A DNA stretch of 64,000 nucleotides from Dehalococcoidia bacterium (GCA_965221925.1 OZ244924.1:68199-132198); one strand, 5' to 3'. Counted from the stretch's first letter, positions 25,928 through 35,639 are shown. The notes: generated from the letters alone by a model not told the origin. Program-made: numbers and translations.

Positions 25928-27754
25928 TTATGATTCCCTCTCCACCTTCAGCCCGGGCGCCTCCACGCGACCGGCGGAAGCGCCGTCGCCTATGCTGCCG
26001 GGCGTTCCATCGTGGCCGTTGATCTCCTGCTCTTGGGGACGGAGTTGGAGCTCGTAGATCTCCTGGTACGGTCCGGGCGTCTGTATCAGCTCACTGTGGA
26101 TGCCCTGCTGAACAACTCTGCCCTGCTTCATCACCAGGACAGAATCGGCGTTCTTCACGCTGCTAAGGCGGTGGGCGATGACGAAGGTGGTCCTGCCCTG
26201 TATCACCGTGTTCAGGGCGCGGCGAATCAGGTGTTCCGTCTCGGTGTCTACGCTGGAGGTGGAGTCGTCCAGTATGAGGATGGGTGGGTCAAGCAGCAGG
26301 GTGCGGGCTATGGCCAGGCGCTGCCTCTGCCCCCCGGAGAGGGTGACGCCCCGCTCTCCCACGTAGGTGTCATACCCCTGAGGCATGGTCGATATGAAGT
26401 CGTGAAGCTGGGCCAGCTTTGCAGCCTTCACCACGTCTTCCTCAGACGCGGTCACAGCTCCGTAGGCGATGTTCGCGCGGATGGTAGACGTGAAGATGAA
26501 CACGTCCTGCTGCACAATCCCAACATTCTGGCGCAGGGAGGCCAGGGTGACGTCCCTGATGTCCACGCCGTCTATGGTTATGCGTCCGGAGGAGACGTCG
26601 TAGAACCGTGGGATCATGTGGACCACGGTGGTCTTTCCGCTCCCTGGCGCGCCCAGAATGGCCACTACCTTGGCGCTGGGCACGCTGAAGCTCATGTCCT
26701 GGAGGACCGGAGACTGCTTGATGTATCCAAAGGACACGTTTTCAAATTTGACGTCCCCTTTCACGCGAGGCATAACCAGGGCGTCCGGCTTCTCTGCCAC
26801 CGGGGACTCGGCGTCCAGCACGTAGAAGATGCGCTCCCCGGAGGACATGGCGCGGGAGAAGCTGTTGACTATCCAGGCCGTCATACGCACGGGTATTGCC
26901 AGCAGCCCCATGTACAGCAAGAAGGACACAAGCTCGCCCGGCGACATGGCGCCTTCGACAACCTGGCGGCCGCCAAACCATAGGATGACGCCGGTGCCTC
27001 CCAGGAAGAAGAAGTTGTTCAAGGAGGTGGTCACCGCCTGCAGCCGCTCGGCGTTGAATCCGAATCTGGCTACCGCAGCGGCGCGGGCGCTGAACTTCTC
27101 CTTCTCGTACTCCTCGGCGGCAAAGGCCCTCACCACTCGCTGGCCGGCCAGGTTCTCCTGGAGGACCGTGTTCAGGTGGCCCATCTCCGCGCGCTCGGCC
27201 ATCCAGTTCCGCCGCATCTCCAGCATGATGGTGGAGGTGCGGAGCAAAATGAACGGCACGAACACCAAGCTCATGAGCGCCAGCTTCCAGCTTGAGACGA
27301 TCAGGATAACGCTGACACCCAGGATCAGTAGCACCATGTACCCGCCGCGGATAACGCCGCCCTGGATGAACATCCGCACGCCCTCGACGTCCGCGGTTGC
27401 GCGGGACATCAGGTCTCCGGACCTCTGGTTGTCGTGGAAGGCGAAGCTGAGCCGCTGCAACTTCTCGTAGTAGGCGTTTCGGATGTCGTAGGCAACCCGC
27501 TGGCCCATCGACTCCCCCATGTACTGCTGGCCATAGGCGGCTATGCCCCGAAAGATGCTGAGCCCAAAAATCAACGAGGCAAGGAACAGGAGTTGACTAA
27601 ACTCCCCAGACCCCACCACCTCGTCCACGGCAACCCCCAGCACCCTGGGGATTATCAGCGCGAAGGTCGCCACCCCAATGGTGGACAGGTAAGCCAGTAG
27701 TAGTCTGAGCTTGTACTTCAGGGCAAAACGGATGAGCCTGAGCAGGATGGACAT
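25928..27754 (-). CDS. ABC exporter subunit (TMD-NBD), with degenerate Walker B (DD)
   Basis: Starts at ATG 27754 (MSILLRLIRFALKY). Walker A is GAPGSGKTT and the signature LSGGQRQR is canonical. Walker B is ILILDDST, so the catalytic Glu is replaced by Asp. The ORF-track extension to 28153 is rejected. Confidence 0.9.
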   Translation of the reverse strand: MSILLRLIRFALKYKLRLLLAYLSTIGVATFALIIPRVLGVAVDEVVGSGEFSQLLFLASLIFGLSIFRGIAAYGQQYMGESMGQRVAYDIRNAYYEKLQRLSFAFHDNQRSGDLMSRATADVEGVRMFIQGGVIRGGYMVLLILGVSVILIVSSWKLALMSLVFVPFILLRTSTIMLEMRRNWMAERAEMGHLNTVLQENLAGQRVVRAFAAEEYEKEKFSARAAAVARFGFNAERLQAVTTSLNNFFFLGGTGVILWFGGRQVVEGAMSPGELVSFLLYMGLLAIPVRMTAWIVNSFSRAMSSGERIFYVLDAESPVAEKPDALVMPRVKGDVKFENVSFGYIKQSPVLQDMSFSVPSAKVVAILGAPGSGKTTVVHMIPRFYDVSSGRITIDGVDIRDVTLASLRQNVGIVQQDVFIFTSTIRANIAYGAVTASEEDVVKAAKLAQLHDFISTMPQGYDTYVGERGVTLSGGQRQRLAIARTLLLDPPILILDDSTSSVDTETEHLIRRALNTVIQGRTTFVIAHRLSSVKNADSVLVMKQGRVVQQGIHSELIQTPGPYQEIYELQLRPQEQEINGHDGTPGSIGDGASAGRVEAPGLKVERES

Positions 27755-28129
27755 GTCAGCTAGATGTATGCTCCTCGTGGGTCCATTGCCAGCGTCAGGG
27801 TGGTTGGCGCCGCAATGAACATAACTCCAAGGGGAATAGTATACCCAAACGTAGGGCAATGTCCATAGAAGCCAGACACAGGTATTCCCGGTGTGGGCTG
27901 GCAATGGTGGACAGGGGCGCCCGGGCGCCCATCCCCGCCCTGGACAAGGTCCGCCTGGGGCAGGTGGTTGACCTTGTGAGCAACATCCAGGTGGGCGGCG
28001 TCCATCACGCTCAACGTTGCTTTGGCTTGGCCATAGTGATACTATCTGTGGCAGAAGCGTGAGCGAGGGCAGCAGGCGCGGCTCTGCTCTGGCGGCCCCC
28101 AAGATAACCAGGTCTGGAGGTAGAACGGC

Positions 28130-28480
28130 ATGACCCCGATGCAGGCAATCCAATCGGTGTTTGGGAACTACGCCAACTTCAACGGACGGGCGCGCCGGTC
28201 GGAGTACTGGTGGTTCGTTTTGTTCGTGACGATTATCGAAAGCGCTCTATATTTTGTTTTTATACCCCTTCCGGAGGTCGGTTTTGCGCTACTGGCTATC
28301 TTGGCTCTTGCCATTATCCTGCCTTCGTTGGCAGTAACGGTGAGGCGCTTGCATGACACTGACCGTTCCGGTTGGTGGTTCTTGATACAGCTTATTCCTT
28401 TTGGCGGGCTGGTACTGCTCGTATTCATGGTTCTTTCCGGGACCAGCGGAACCAACCGCTACGGGCCGCCCCAGACGTAA
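28130..28480 (+). CDS. DUF805 family inner-membrane protein
   Basis: Contains GRARRSEYWWFVLF...RRLHDTDRSGWWFL...NRYGPPQ. Confidence 0.88.
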   Translation: MTPMQAIQSVFGNYANFNGRARRSEYWWFVLFVTIIESALYFVFIPLPEVGFALLAILALAIILPSLAVTVRRLHDTDRSGWWFLIQLIPFGGLVLLVFMVLSGTSGTNRYGPPQT

Positions 28481-28681
28481 CAACAACGAGCCATATAGCA
28501 AAGCAAGGAACAAGGGCTACGCGCAATCCGGCAAGGAAGCCGGATCGCCGGCGGGCCGGGAGCCGCGTCGACGGCCTTGCAACGCCGAAGGCTGACGCGC
28601 CCCTCTGCCACCTGCTTCTTGCCCACTCCTGCCAGAGCCGATATTCTGCAACCCAAAGCCAACTTTAGCTCAGGAGGCGTT

Positions 28682-29245
28682 GTGGTGGAAGAGACTACTC
28701 AGGCTGTGGACATGAATCCGGCCCAGACAGTGGAGGAGGCCGTCGAGGAAGAAGGCGGGGCTCCGGACGCGCTCCACGAAGAACAACAGAGGGAGGCGGA
28801 GCAGGCCTCTCGAATAGGTGAGTTGGAGGCTGCCTTGTCCAATGGGGAGCAGCGCCTGTCAGGGCTGGACGGCCTGCTGGGGCAGCGGGATGCCAAGATT
28901 GAGGAGTTGGAGGCGGCGTTGGGCCAGGTGGAGGACGTCGTCAAAGAACGTGAGCAGGAGGCGGAGGGATTAAGGGCACAGCTGGCCCAGGCAGTGGAGT
29001 TGTACCGCGCCTCCCTGCTGGCGGCAGCCCCCGATATACCGGAAGAGCTGGTGAATGGGGCCACCATCGCAGAGGTCGAGGCGTCCCTTGCTCAAGCCCG
29101 GCAGATGGTGGAACAGGTACGCGGGCAGCTGGAAGCCCAAGCCGTCCAGGAGCGGGTTCCGTTCGGCGCTCCGGCGCGTTCCGCTCCGGACCTCTCGGCC
29201 CTGTCGCCACAGGAGAAGATACGGCTGGGACTGGACCGTCGCTAG
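28682..29245 (+). CDS. Acidic coiled-coil protein (hypothetical)
   Basis: SD AGGAGG (28672-28677) lies before GTG 28682/28685. The sequence has heptad-rich stretches (EELEAALGQVEDVVKEREQEAEGLRAQLAQ). Confidence 0.6.
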   Translation: MVEETTQAVDMNPAQTVEEAVEEEGGAPDALHEEQQREAEQASRIGELEAALSNGEQRLSGLDGLLGQRDAKIEELEAALGQVEDVVKEREQEAEGLRAQLAQAVELYRASLLAAAPDIPEELVNGATIAEVEASLAQARQMVEQVRGQLEAQAVQERVPFGAPARSAPDLSALSPQEKIRLGLDRR

Positions 29246-29356
29246 GGTCCGGGCTGCAATGCCGTTAGGGCGCAGGACAGGACTTTTAAGGCTCCTGGTT
29301 CAAGGGAACATGATGGTCGCGACTCACCGCCGGGGGAAGCGGCTTGGCTACGGTAA

Positions 29357-29390
29357 AAGGCCTCGGCCACTTAGTAGTGGCCGAGGCCTT
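29357..29390 (-). terminator. glnA terminator hairpin (usable from both strands)
   Basis: aaggcctcggccac-ttagta-gtggccgaggcctt forms a 14-bp stem. On the minus strand it is followed by TTTTAC. Confidence 0.7.
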
Positions 29391-29412
29391 GGCTACTCGC
29401 TTGAGGGAAGGT

Positions 29413-30891
29413 CTAGGCGTCGAAGTACAGGAAGTACTCGTAGGGGTGCGGCCTCAGCCTGACGGCGTCCAACTCCTTTGTCCGCTTGTAATCCAGCCAG
29501 GCGCTGATCAGGTCCGGCGTGAAGACGTCTCCCCGCAGTAGGAAGTCGTGGTCCGCCTCCAGGGCGTCCAGCGACTCGCCCAGGCTGCCGGGCACCTGCT
29601 TCACCTTGGCTGCCTCCTCCGGACTCAGGTCGTAGAGGTTCTTGTCCAGTGGAGCGCCCGGGTCAATCTGGTTGATTATGCCGTCGATGCCCGCCATGAG
29701 CATTGCCGCAAAGGCCAGGTACGGGTTGCAGGTGGGGTCCGGGCACCGGAACTCGATCCTCTTGGCGTGCGGGTGTCCAAAGTACATGGGAATCCGGCAA
29801 CAGGCGCTGCGGTTCCGCTGAGAGTACGCCAGGTTCACTGGAGCCTCGTAGCCGGGCACCAGCCGGCGATAGGAGTTGGTGGTGGGGGCGGCCAGGGCCA
29901 GCAGGGCCGGCGCGTGCTTCAGCAGCCCGCCTGTGTAGTACAGCCCTATCTGGCTGAAGCCGGCATAGCCGTTCGGGTCGGAGAAAAGGTTCTCTCCACC
30001 CTTCCAGAGGCTCTGGTGGGTGTGCATTCCCGTTCCGTTGTCGCCGTAGAGGGGCTTGGGCATAAAGGTGGCGGTCTTGTTGTGGGCCCATGCTACGTTC
30101 TTGAGGACGTACTTGTACGCCATCACCATGTCCGCCATCTTGGTCAGGGAGTCGTAGACCATATCTATCTCGCCCTGTCCGGCCGTGGCCACCTCGTGGT
30201 GGTGCTTCTCCACCGTGATGCCGAAACCGGCCATCTTCAGGGACGCCTCCGAGCGAATGTCCTGGTATGTGTCGAAGGGTGGGGTTGGGAAATACCCCTC
30301 CTTATGCCTGGGCTTGTATCCCAAGTTGACGCTTCCGTCCACGTTCTTCTCGCTGCCGGAGTTCCAGATGCCCTCGTCCGACCCCACGAAGTAGTAGCCG
30401 CTGTGGGCGTTCTGGTCGAACCGCACGGAGTCGAAGATGAAGAACTCCAACTCTGGGCCCCAGTTGCTTAGGTCCCCTATGCCGGAGGATTTCAGAAACT
30501 CCTCTGCCTTCTGGGCGACGAAGCGCGGGTCCCGGGAGTAGCCCGCGTCCGACTCAGGGTCCTTGATCCTGCAGGTCAGGCTGAGGGTCGGGACTTTGAA
30601 GAAGGGGTCTCTCGTCCCGGTGGTGGCGTCCGGAACCAGGAGCATGTCGCTCTCCTCAATGGTCTGGAAGCCGCGAATGCTGGAGCCGTCGAAGCCGGTG
30701 CCTTCTACGAACACATCGGGCTTTAGCTCATCCACCGGTATGGATACGTGCTGGAGTGTGCCCGGCACGTCCGTGAACTTCAGGTCCACCATCTGGATGC
30801 CATTGTCGCGGCAATACTTGATTACCTCGTCAGGGTTAGAGAACCCTGGAAATTTGTCTGGGGTTTTTGGGAACTCGTATGGGGTTGTCAT
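29413..30891 (-). CDS. glnA: Glutamine synthetase type I
   Basis: SD AAGGAGGAAG lies before ATG 30891. GS motifs are present (FDGSSIRGFQTIEESDM, GTGMHTHQSLW, NSYRRLVPGYEAP). Confidence 0.96.
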   Translation of the reverse strand: MTTPYEFPKTPDKFPGFSNPDEVIKYCRDNGIQMVDLKFTDVPGTLQHVSIPVDELKPDVFVEGTGFDGSSIRGFQTIEESDMLLVPDATTGTRDPFFKVPTLSLTCRIKDPESDAGYSRDPRFVAQKAEEFLKSSGIGDLSNWGPELEFFIFDSVRFDQNAHSGYYFVGSDEGIWNSGSEKNVDGSVNLGYKPRHKEGYFPTPPFDTYQDIRSEASLKMAGFGITVEKHHHEVATAGQGEIDMVYDSLTKMADMVMAYKYVLKNVAWAHNKTATFMPKPLYGDNGTGMHTHQSLWKGGENLFSDPNGYAGFSQIGLYYTGGLLKHAPALLALAAPTTNSYRRLVPGYEAPVNLAYSQRNRSACCRIPMYFGHPHAKRIEFRCPDPTCNPYLAFAAMLMAGIDGIINQIDPGAPLDKNLYDLSPEEAAKVKQVPGSLGESLDALEADHDFLLRGDVFTPDLISAWLDYKRTKELDAVRLRPHPYEYFLYFDA

Positions 30892-31092
30892 GCTCTTCCT
30901 CCTTGTTAATTGTGCTCTGAACCTTCCAAGCGCCTGGCCGTCCTTGCGCAATTGCCGGGGAGGAAAGCCAAGCCTTGGCAGCAGGGCAAGGAGCCACGCT
31001 GCTAAGTATAGCCCATAGAAACTCGGCAGGAACGCCCTGGTGTTAAATCTGTGTAAATTTTCCGCTGTCCTACTTTCGGGGGAAGAGGATTG

Positions 31093-31893
31093 TCAGGCTA
31101 CCCGGAAGCGGTACCCAACGTTACGCACGGTTTCAATGAAGAGATGGCTGGCGTCCTCCACCTTGCTCCGCAGCCTGCGGATGTGAACGTCCACGGTGCG
31201 GGTGCCGCCGAAGTAGTCGTACTGCCAGACCCTGCTCAGAAGGGTCTCGCGTGTGTAGACCCTTCCAGGATTCGCTGCCAGCAGGCACAGGAGTTGGTAC
31301 TCCTTGAAGGTGAGGATGACCTTCTTGCCGCCCACCGTGACCTCGTAGCGATCCTGGTCTATGACAAGGTCTCCAACCCGGATGACCTGCCCGCCGTCCC
31401 ACTTTCCCGTGCGCCACAGGGCCCTCTGGACCCTGTGGCGCAGCTCATTGTTGGTAAATGGGAGGAATACTATGTCCTCCACCTCAAGGTTGGGGTCTAC
31501 GGTTGCGTGGCCCTCTCCGGGCACCAGGGCCAGAACGGGTATCTCCACGTCCTTGCAGCGCCGGGCAAAGGACACCAGAGAGTCCGGTGGGAGAATGTCA
31601 GGGTCCAACACCAGAAGGCTTGGGGTTTCCTCCTGGGGTATAGTCTCTATTACCTCTGGGTCTTGGGAGAAGGAGAGGATGAACCCGTCATTCTCCAGAG
31701 GTCTGAAGTTGGGCCTCTCGTCCGGAGAGGTCAGGAGCATTATCCGTTTACTAGGCGGTACGGGACTCGTTGCTACACCTCGCGTCCAGATGTCTGAATG
31801 GTACTTTATGAGGGCTTTGCTGTCGAGTCTTCCGTCAACACGCACGGCGTCCAGTCGGGCCGCGGGCGCCCCTGCTCGCGCGGTGGACTTCAT
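31093..31893 (-). CDS. OmpR-family regulator with a degenerate receiver domain (GlnR-like orphan)
   Basis: The C-terminus is a winged helix (LTFKEYQLLCLLAANPGRVYTRETLLSRVW...VDVHIRRLRSKV...VRNVGYRF). In the receiver, LLTSPDE replaces the DD pocket and LPF replaces KPF. ATG 31740 is an alternative start. Confidence 0.85.
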   Translation of the reverse strand: MKSTARAGAPAARLDAVRVDGRLDSKALIKYHSDIWTRGVATSPVPPSKRIMLLTSPDERPNFRPLENDGFILSFSQDPEVIETIPQEETPSLLVLDPDILPPDSLVSFARRCKDVEIPVLALVPGEGHATVDPNLEVEDIVFLPFTNNELRHRVQRALWRTGKWDGGQVIRVGDLVIDQDRYEVTVGGKKVILTFKEYQLLCLLAANPGRVYTRETLLSRVWQYDYFGGTRTVDVHIRRLRSKVEDASHLFIETVRNVGYRFRVA

Positions 31894-31940
31894 TCCCCGG
31901 GATCGGAATGTCGCCCACCGCAGGCCGGGAGGCCGACGTT

Positions 31941-32735
31941 CTAGCTATCGCGCAGGAAATCGGCGATGGCCCGGTTGAACTCGTCCGGGTTCTCCAGGTT
32001 GGACAGGTGACCCGCGCCTGAGACCTCCACCAGCGTGGCGTTGGGTATTATGGAGGCCATGCTGTGAGACTCCGCCGGCGGCGTGATGACGTCCTGGTCG
32101 CCGACCACTATCAGGGTTGGCGCGCCGATGTTGGGCAGGAGGTCTGAGGAGTCGGACCGGAGAGCCATTCCACGGAGGTCGCCGGCTATGCCCTCCACGG
32201 GGCACTGGGTGATCATGGCGCTGAGCGTGTCAACCACGTCCTGCCGGTTGGCCACCGTGTCCGGCGACAGCAGCCGCGGGGTCAGCCGCTCGGCTATGGG
32301 TCCGGCCCCTTCACGCTCTGCGAGCTGGGCCATGTCTTCCCGTCCCTTCTTTGCGTCATCGGAGTCGGGCTGCGGCCTGGTGTCCAGGAGCATGAGAGAT
32401 CTCACGCGCTCCGGGTTCTTGCGATAGAAGGCGAATGCGACGTACCCGCCCATTGAGAACCCGCCCAGGACCACCTGCCGGAGGTCAAGGGCGTCCAGAA
32501 AGCCGTTCAGGTCGTCCGCAAGGAGTTCCATGGTGTACGGACCGGGGGTGACTTCGGACTCTCCGTGGCCTCGCAGGTCGGGAGCTATGACGCGGAACTC
32601 ACCGGACAGCGCCTGGACTTGCGCCTCCCACATGCTCTTGTCCAATGGAAAGCCGTGCAGCAGGACGATTGGAGTGTCGCCGCTCCCCTGGTCGTCGTAG
32701 GCAATGTCTATACCGTTTGCGCGTACCGTTGGCAT
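31941..32735 (-). CDS. Alpha/beta hydrolase (enol-lactonase-like)
   Basis: Contains LLHGFPLD and the nucleophile elbow GFSMGG. There is a C-terminal His (GAGHLSN). Confidence 0.88.
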   Translation of the reverse strand: MPTVRANGIDIAYDDQGSGDTPIVLLHGFPLDKSMWEAQVQALSGEFRVIAPDLRGHGESEVTPGPYTMELLADDLNGFLDALDLRQVVLGGFSMGGYVAFAFYRKNPERVRSLMLLDTRPQPDSDDAKKGREDMAQLAEREGAGPIAERLTPRLLSPDTVANRQDVVDTLSAMITQCPVEGIAGDLRGMALRSDSSDLLPNIGAPTLIVVGDQDVITPPAESHSMASIIPNATLVEVSGAGHLSNLENPDEFNRAIADFLRDS

Positions 32736-32864
32736 TATCTCCTCCTAAAGGTCTGAAATGGTGACCACAGCGGTCATTTGCTTACACCGATACGGGGTAC
32801 AACGCTGGGCCACCGCGACACATCCACGGCAGGACGGCGCGCGGTGGGCCAGTCAGCGCCTCTC

Positions 32865-32893
32865 ATTGTACCAGCCACGCAACCGCTTGCCTA
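32865..32893 (-). promoter_or_regulatory. Putative promoter for the hydrolase/regulator/glnA gene string
   Basis: On the minus strand: TAGGCA, a 17-nt spacer, then an extended -10 element TGgTACAAT. It lies about 125 nt upstream of ATG 32735. Confidence 0.3.
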
Positions 32894-33383
32894 GCGCCAT
32901 ATACCGGCGTCTACGTCCCAACGTGCGTAGATGCGAGGGTGCCCTCAAGCGACGCTCGGCAGGCGTAGCGCAGCATCGCGCAGCGCCCTTACCTTGCCTG
33001 CGATACCGGTGACCGCCAGGTCCGAAACAGCCGTCAGTTGCTCTAGGGAGGAATACAACGGCATATCAAAAAGGGCCTTTGAGCCGGATCTAGGTTCTTC
33101 TTCTCGTACGACCGACGAACCAAGCTGTTGCAATGAGGAAAGACGCCAACGCCGCGAATATAACAGGGAACACCAATTCCTAATGCATTGCATTAGCATG
33201 ATCTTCCCCGAACAGCTAGAGGTAGTCGCGGAATTAAATTTTGTCATGGAAAGTTGTCGATGGCGTCTATTATGTAAAGCGACGTGAGTATCGTTGACTG
33301 GCTATGTATGCCTATAACGTCACATCTGGTGGCACTGCCCTCTTCCCGTAGCTTGCCGAGGTGGGCTCGTGGCGTCAAAAATG

Positions 33384-33412
33384 TTGACAACATCCGTGCT
33401 GTAATATATTCT
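33384..33412 (+). promoter_or_regulatory. Putative promoter of the AT-rich cassette
   Basis: TTGACA (33384-33389), then TATATT at 15 nt or TATTCT at 17 nt. Confidence 0.3.
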
Positions 33413-33531
33413 ACCACTTGAGATCGGTTTCGGTTTAGATTGTGTATAATGTAACTATAGGCGTCTGAGGTGACGTCTCCAAAAATTCTCCTACATGGGC
33501 TTGTATGCAATGCTATCAGAGAGGGATGGGT

Positions 33532-33726
33532 ATGTCTAAGGAATCTCGAAAAGAAGGACCGGGAGTTGACCAAGAACGGCCCAAAATATATGTGACTCCG
33601 GTGGGCGGGCTGTATGTCAAGGCAGACGAGTTGCTTCGCAGCAAAAGAGGGCGCGAAATGGTTGATGCGATGGCGAGGCTTGACTTTAAGCGGAAGTCAT
33701 CTGCCAGACCTGCGAAAGACGACTAA
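33532..33726 (+). CDS. Small, highly charged hypothetical protein (64 aa)
   Basis: SD GAGGG lies 6 nt before ATG 33532. The gene sits in an AT-rich segment and has no recognised family. Confidence 0.55.
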   Translation: MSKESRKEGPGVDQERPKIYVTPVGGLYVKADELLRSKRGREMVDAMARLDFKRKSSARPAKDD

Positions 33727-33765
33727 TAGAGTATCTTTAACCATATCTAGTAGGAGGTACTCCCC

Positions 33766-34455
33766 GTGGGACTTGGGTTGTTGCTCGTTCCCGCTCTCGG
33801 GGGGTACTGGTTTCTAACCCATCTATACTACACCCGCTATCGAGCCGTACGTGATTCTGGTTACCACATCCTATTTAGATCCGCCTTTGTCGGCGGTATT
33901 TTGTTTGTCATCGCCGAAGCGGTTATTCTTTTTCTGAATCGGTATTTCCCACAGCTTGATGCAAAATGGGAGTTTTATTCTCCTACTCCTTACTCTGACA
34001 CGGTTGTATTGAGTGTCCTCTTGGGAATGGTCTTGCCGGTTGTAGGCAATCTATTCTACGGTTCAGCGAGGGCTGCTCGACGGACGGCGAATGATAGCGG
34101 CGACCTAATTGAACTGCTAATTGCGGAATCCATTGAAGAGCAAAAACCAGTTGAAATTTCGCTGAGGAGCGGGAAATCCTACATTGGTTTTGCTCTTGAG
34201 AGTGGTGTCGCAAGGCATGGAGAGCCCGACGTTTCCATAATTCCTATGGCAAGCGGCTATCGCGATAGAGACACTCAAGAGTTGGAAATAACAACTCACT
34301 ATGCGACAGTGATTCAGGAATCTTTGAAACAACCGTCCGGTATATCAGATCGGGACTTTCGAGTCGTAATTCCCATCACTGAAATAGTTTCTGCCCGAGT
34401 TTTTTTCCCAGAGGTATATGAACTTTTTGAGGAATTGAAGGAAAAGAACTCTTAG
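33766..34455 (+). CDS. Hypothetical membrane protein (3 N-terminal TM helices plus a soluble C-terminal domain)
   Basis: SD AGGAGG lies 8 nt before GTG 33766. TM segments are GLGLLLVPALGGYWFL, FVGGILFVIAEAVILFL and VVLSVLLGMVLPVVGNLF. Confidence 0.7.
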   Translation: MGLGLLLVPALGGYWFLTHLYYTRYRAVRDSGYHILFRSAFVGGILFVIAEAVILFLNRYFPQLDAKWEFYSPTPYSDTVVLSVLLGMVLPVVGNLFYGSARAARRTANDSGDLIELLIAESIEEQKPVEISLRSGKSYIGFALESGVARHGEPDVSIIPMASGYRDRDTQELEITTHYATVIQESLKQPSGISDRDFRVVIPITEIVSARVFFPEVYELFEELKEKNS

Positions 34456-34568
34456 AAGGCACACTACAAGGTAATTGAGTAGCAGAACTAAGGCTTTGCT
34501 CAACGCCACTTGAGGGGCTGCTAGTGTAATGTAATGCCATGTCCCCCACTTGCCCGCGCGGGGCGGCT

Positions 34569-35516
34569 CTACGCGCTGTACTCAAAGTAGGTGGCGGTTA
34601 CCAGGTCGTGGAGGTACTGGCAGCGGTCGTTGGCCTGTTGCAGGAACGCCTTGCGGTCTTCCTGGTCCGGCCAGTCGTAGTTTACCAGCGCGGCCAGGCG
34701 GCCGGCCAGCCGACGGGCTGCTGCGTCGGCGTCGGCGTCCGGGCCATGGTCCAGGCCGGCAAGCTCGGCGGCCGCTGCGTCCAGTGAGTGGCAAAGGGAG
34801 TTGGGAAGCAGGGGGTCGGCCACCAGCAGGTCCAGCGCTCGGCCGGACTCCACCTCAATGCCGTGCCGGGAGCCGTACGCCTCCAGGGCGTGGTAGGCTC
34901 GCAGCAGGCTGATCCAGCCGTCATCGACGTCATCTCCCGTCTCCGTCTCCAGGTCCAGGTGCGCCAGGAGGAGCGCGGTCAGCATCTGGGCGCGCTCGAT
35001 GAATCGCCCAAGCTGCATGAAGCGCCAGCCGTCGTCGCGGTACATGGTCGCCCATGCCACGCCTGAGAAGGCGCTGAACTCCGCCGCCGTCTCTGCGTAG
35101 AAACTCTCCGGCGAGACTGCCCAGATGTCCTGTATGCGCAGCTTCTGAACCCGCAGGTAGGCCAGGTTAAGGGACGTCCACATCTCCGCGCTGATGCGAT
35201 GCCGCATCTGGCGGGCGTTCTCGCGCCCAAGCGAGAAGCATCGCCACACCGAGCTGACGTTCGATTGCTCAAAGGTTAGGTCGTCGGCCAGGGTGTAGGA
35301 GTCGGCCAGAGTAAAGTCGTCGCTGCCCGGCGCCAGGCTGCCGCCCGGTGGCTGACGGTCCATGCTTGCGTAGATGCGCTTCCAGCCCAGGTATATCTCC
35401 CCCACGGGTCGATCCACCAGGGCCTCTGTCTGCAACCGCAGCAGGTGGCAGAGGCGCTGCGCCCGCTCCAGGTATCGGCCCATCCAATAGAGTCCCTGCG
35501 CGCTGCGTGAAAGCAT
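34569..35516 (-). CDS. Alpha-E domain protein (DUF403)
   Basis: SD CAGGAGGA lies before ATG 35516. The N-terminus MLSRSAQGLYWMGRYLERAQR is the hallmark of the alpha-E family. Confidence 0.88.
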   Translation of the reverse strand: MLSRSAQGLYWMGRYLERAQRLCHLLRLQTEALVDRPVGEIYLGWKRIYASMDRQPPGGSLAPGSDDFTLADSYTLADDLTFEQSNVSSVWRCFSLGRENARQMRHRISAEMWTSLNLAYLRVQKLRIQDIWAVSPESFYAETAAEFSAFSGVAWATMYRDDGWRFMQLGRFIERAQMLTALLLAHLDLETETGDDVDDGWISLLRAYHALEAYGSRHGIEVESGRALDLLVADPLLPNSLCHSLDAAAAELAGLDHGPDADADAAARRLAGRLAALVNYDWPDQEDRKAFLQQANDRCQYLHDLVTATYFEYSA

Positions 35517-35639
35517 TGTCCAGTCCTCCTGGTCGTATTCTTTCCCTGCCGGCTTGAGGGTGACGTAGCGGCCTCCCGTCTGTCCGGACTCACCAATCTT
35601 ACACCGCCTACTGGAGCTCTGCCAACGGCGTTGGCCGTT

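Noticed and set aside
27755-28153. A 133-aa N-terminal extension of the ABC exporter ORF, and similar extensions of recA (22377), glnA (30951), rel (60485), portal (53903), alpha-E (35651) and DUF35 (45477)
   Set aside because: The extensions are Pro/Arg/Gly-rich and have no homology pattern. Internal starts with good SD sites give canonical N-termini and lengths.
32945-33573. Two minus-strand ORFs (109 and 100 aa) with an ATGA overlap in the AT-rich region
   Set aside because: They have Ser/Arg/Cys/Leu-rich sequences without convincing RBS sites. The first overlaps the better-supported plus-strand small gene and its promoter. They are kept only as a weak alternative.
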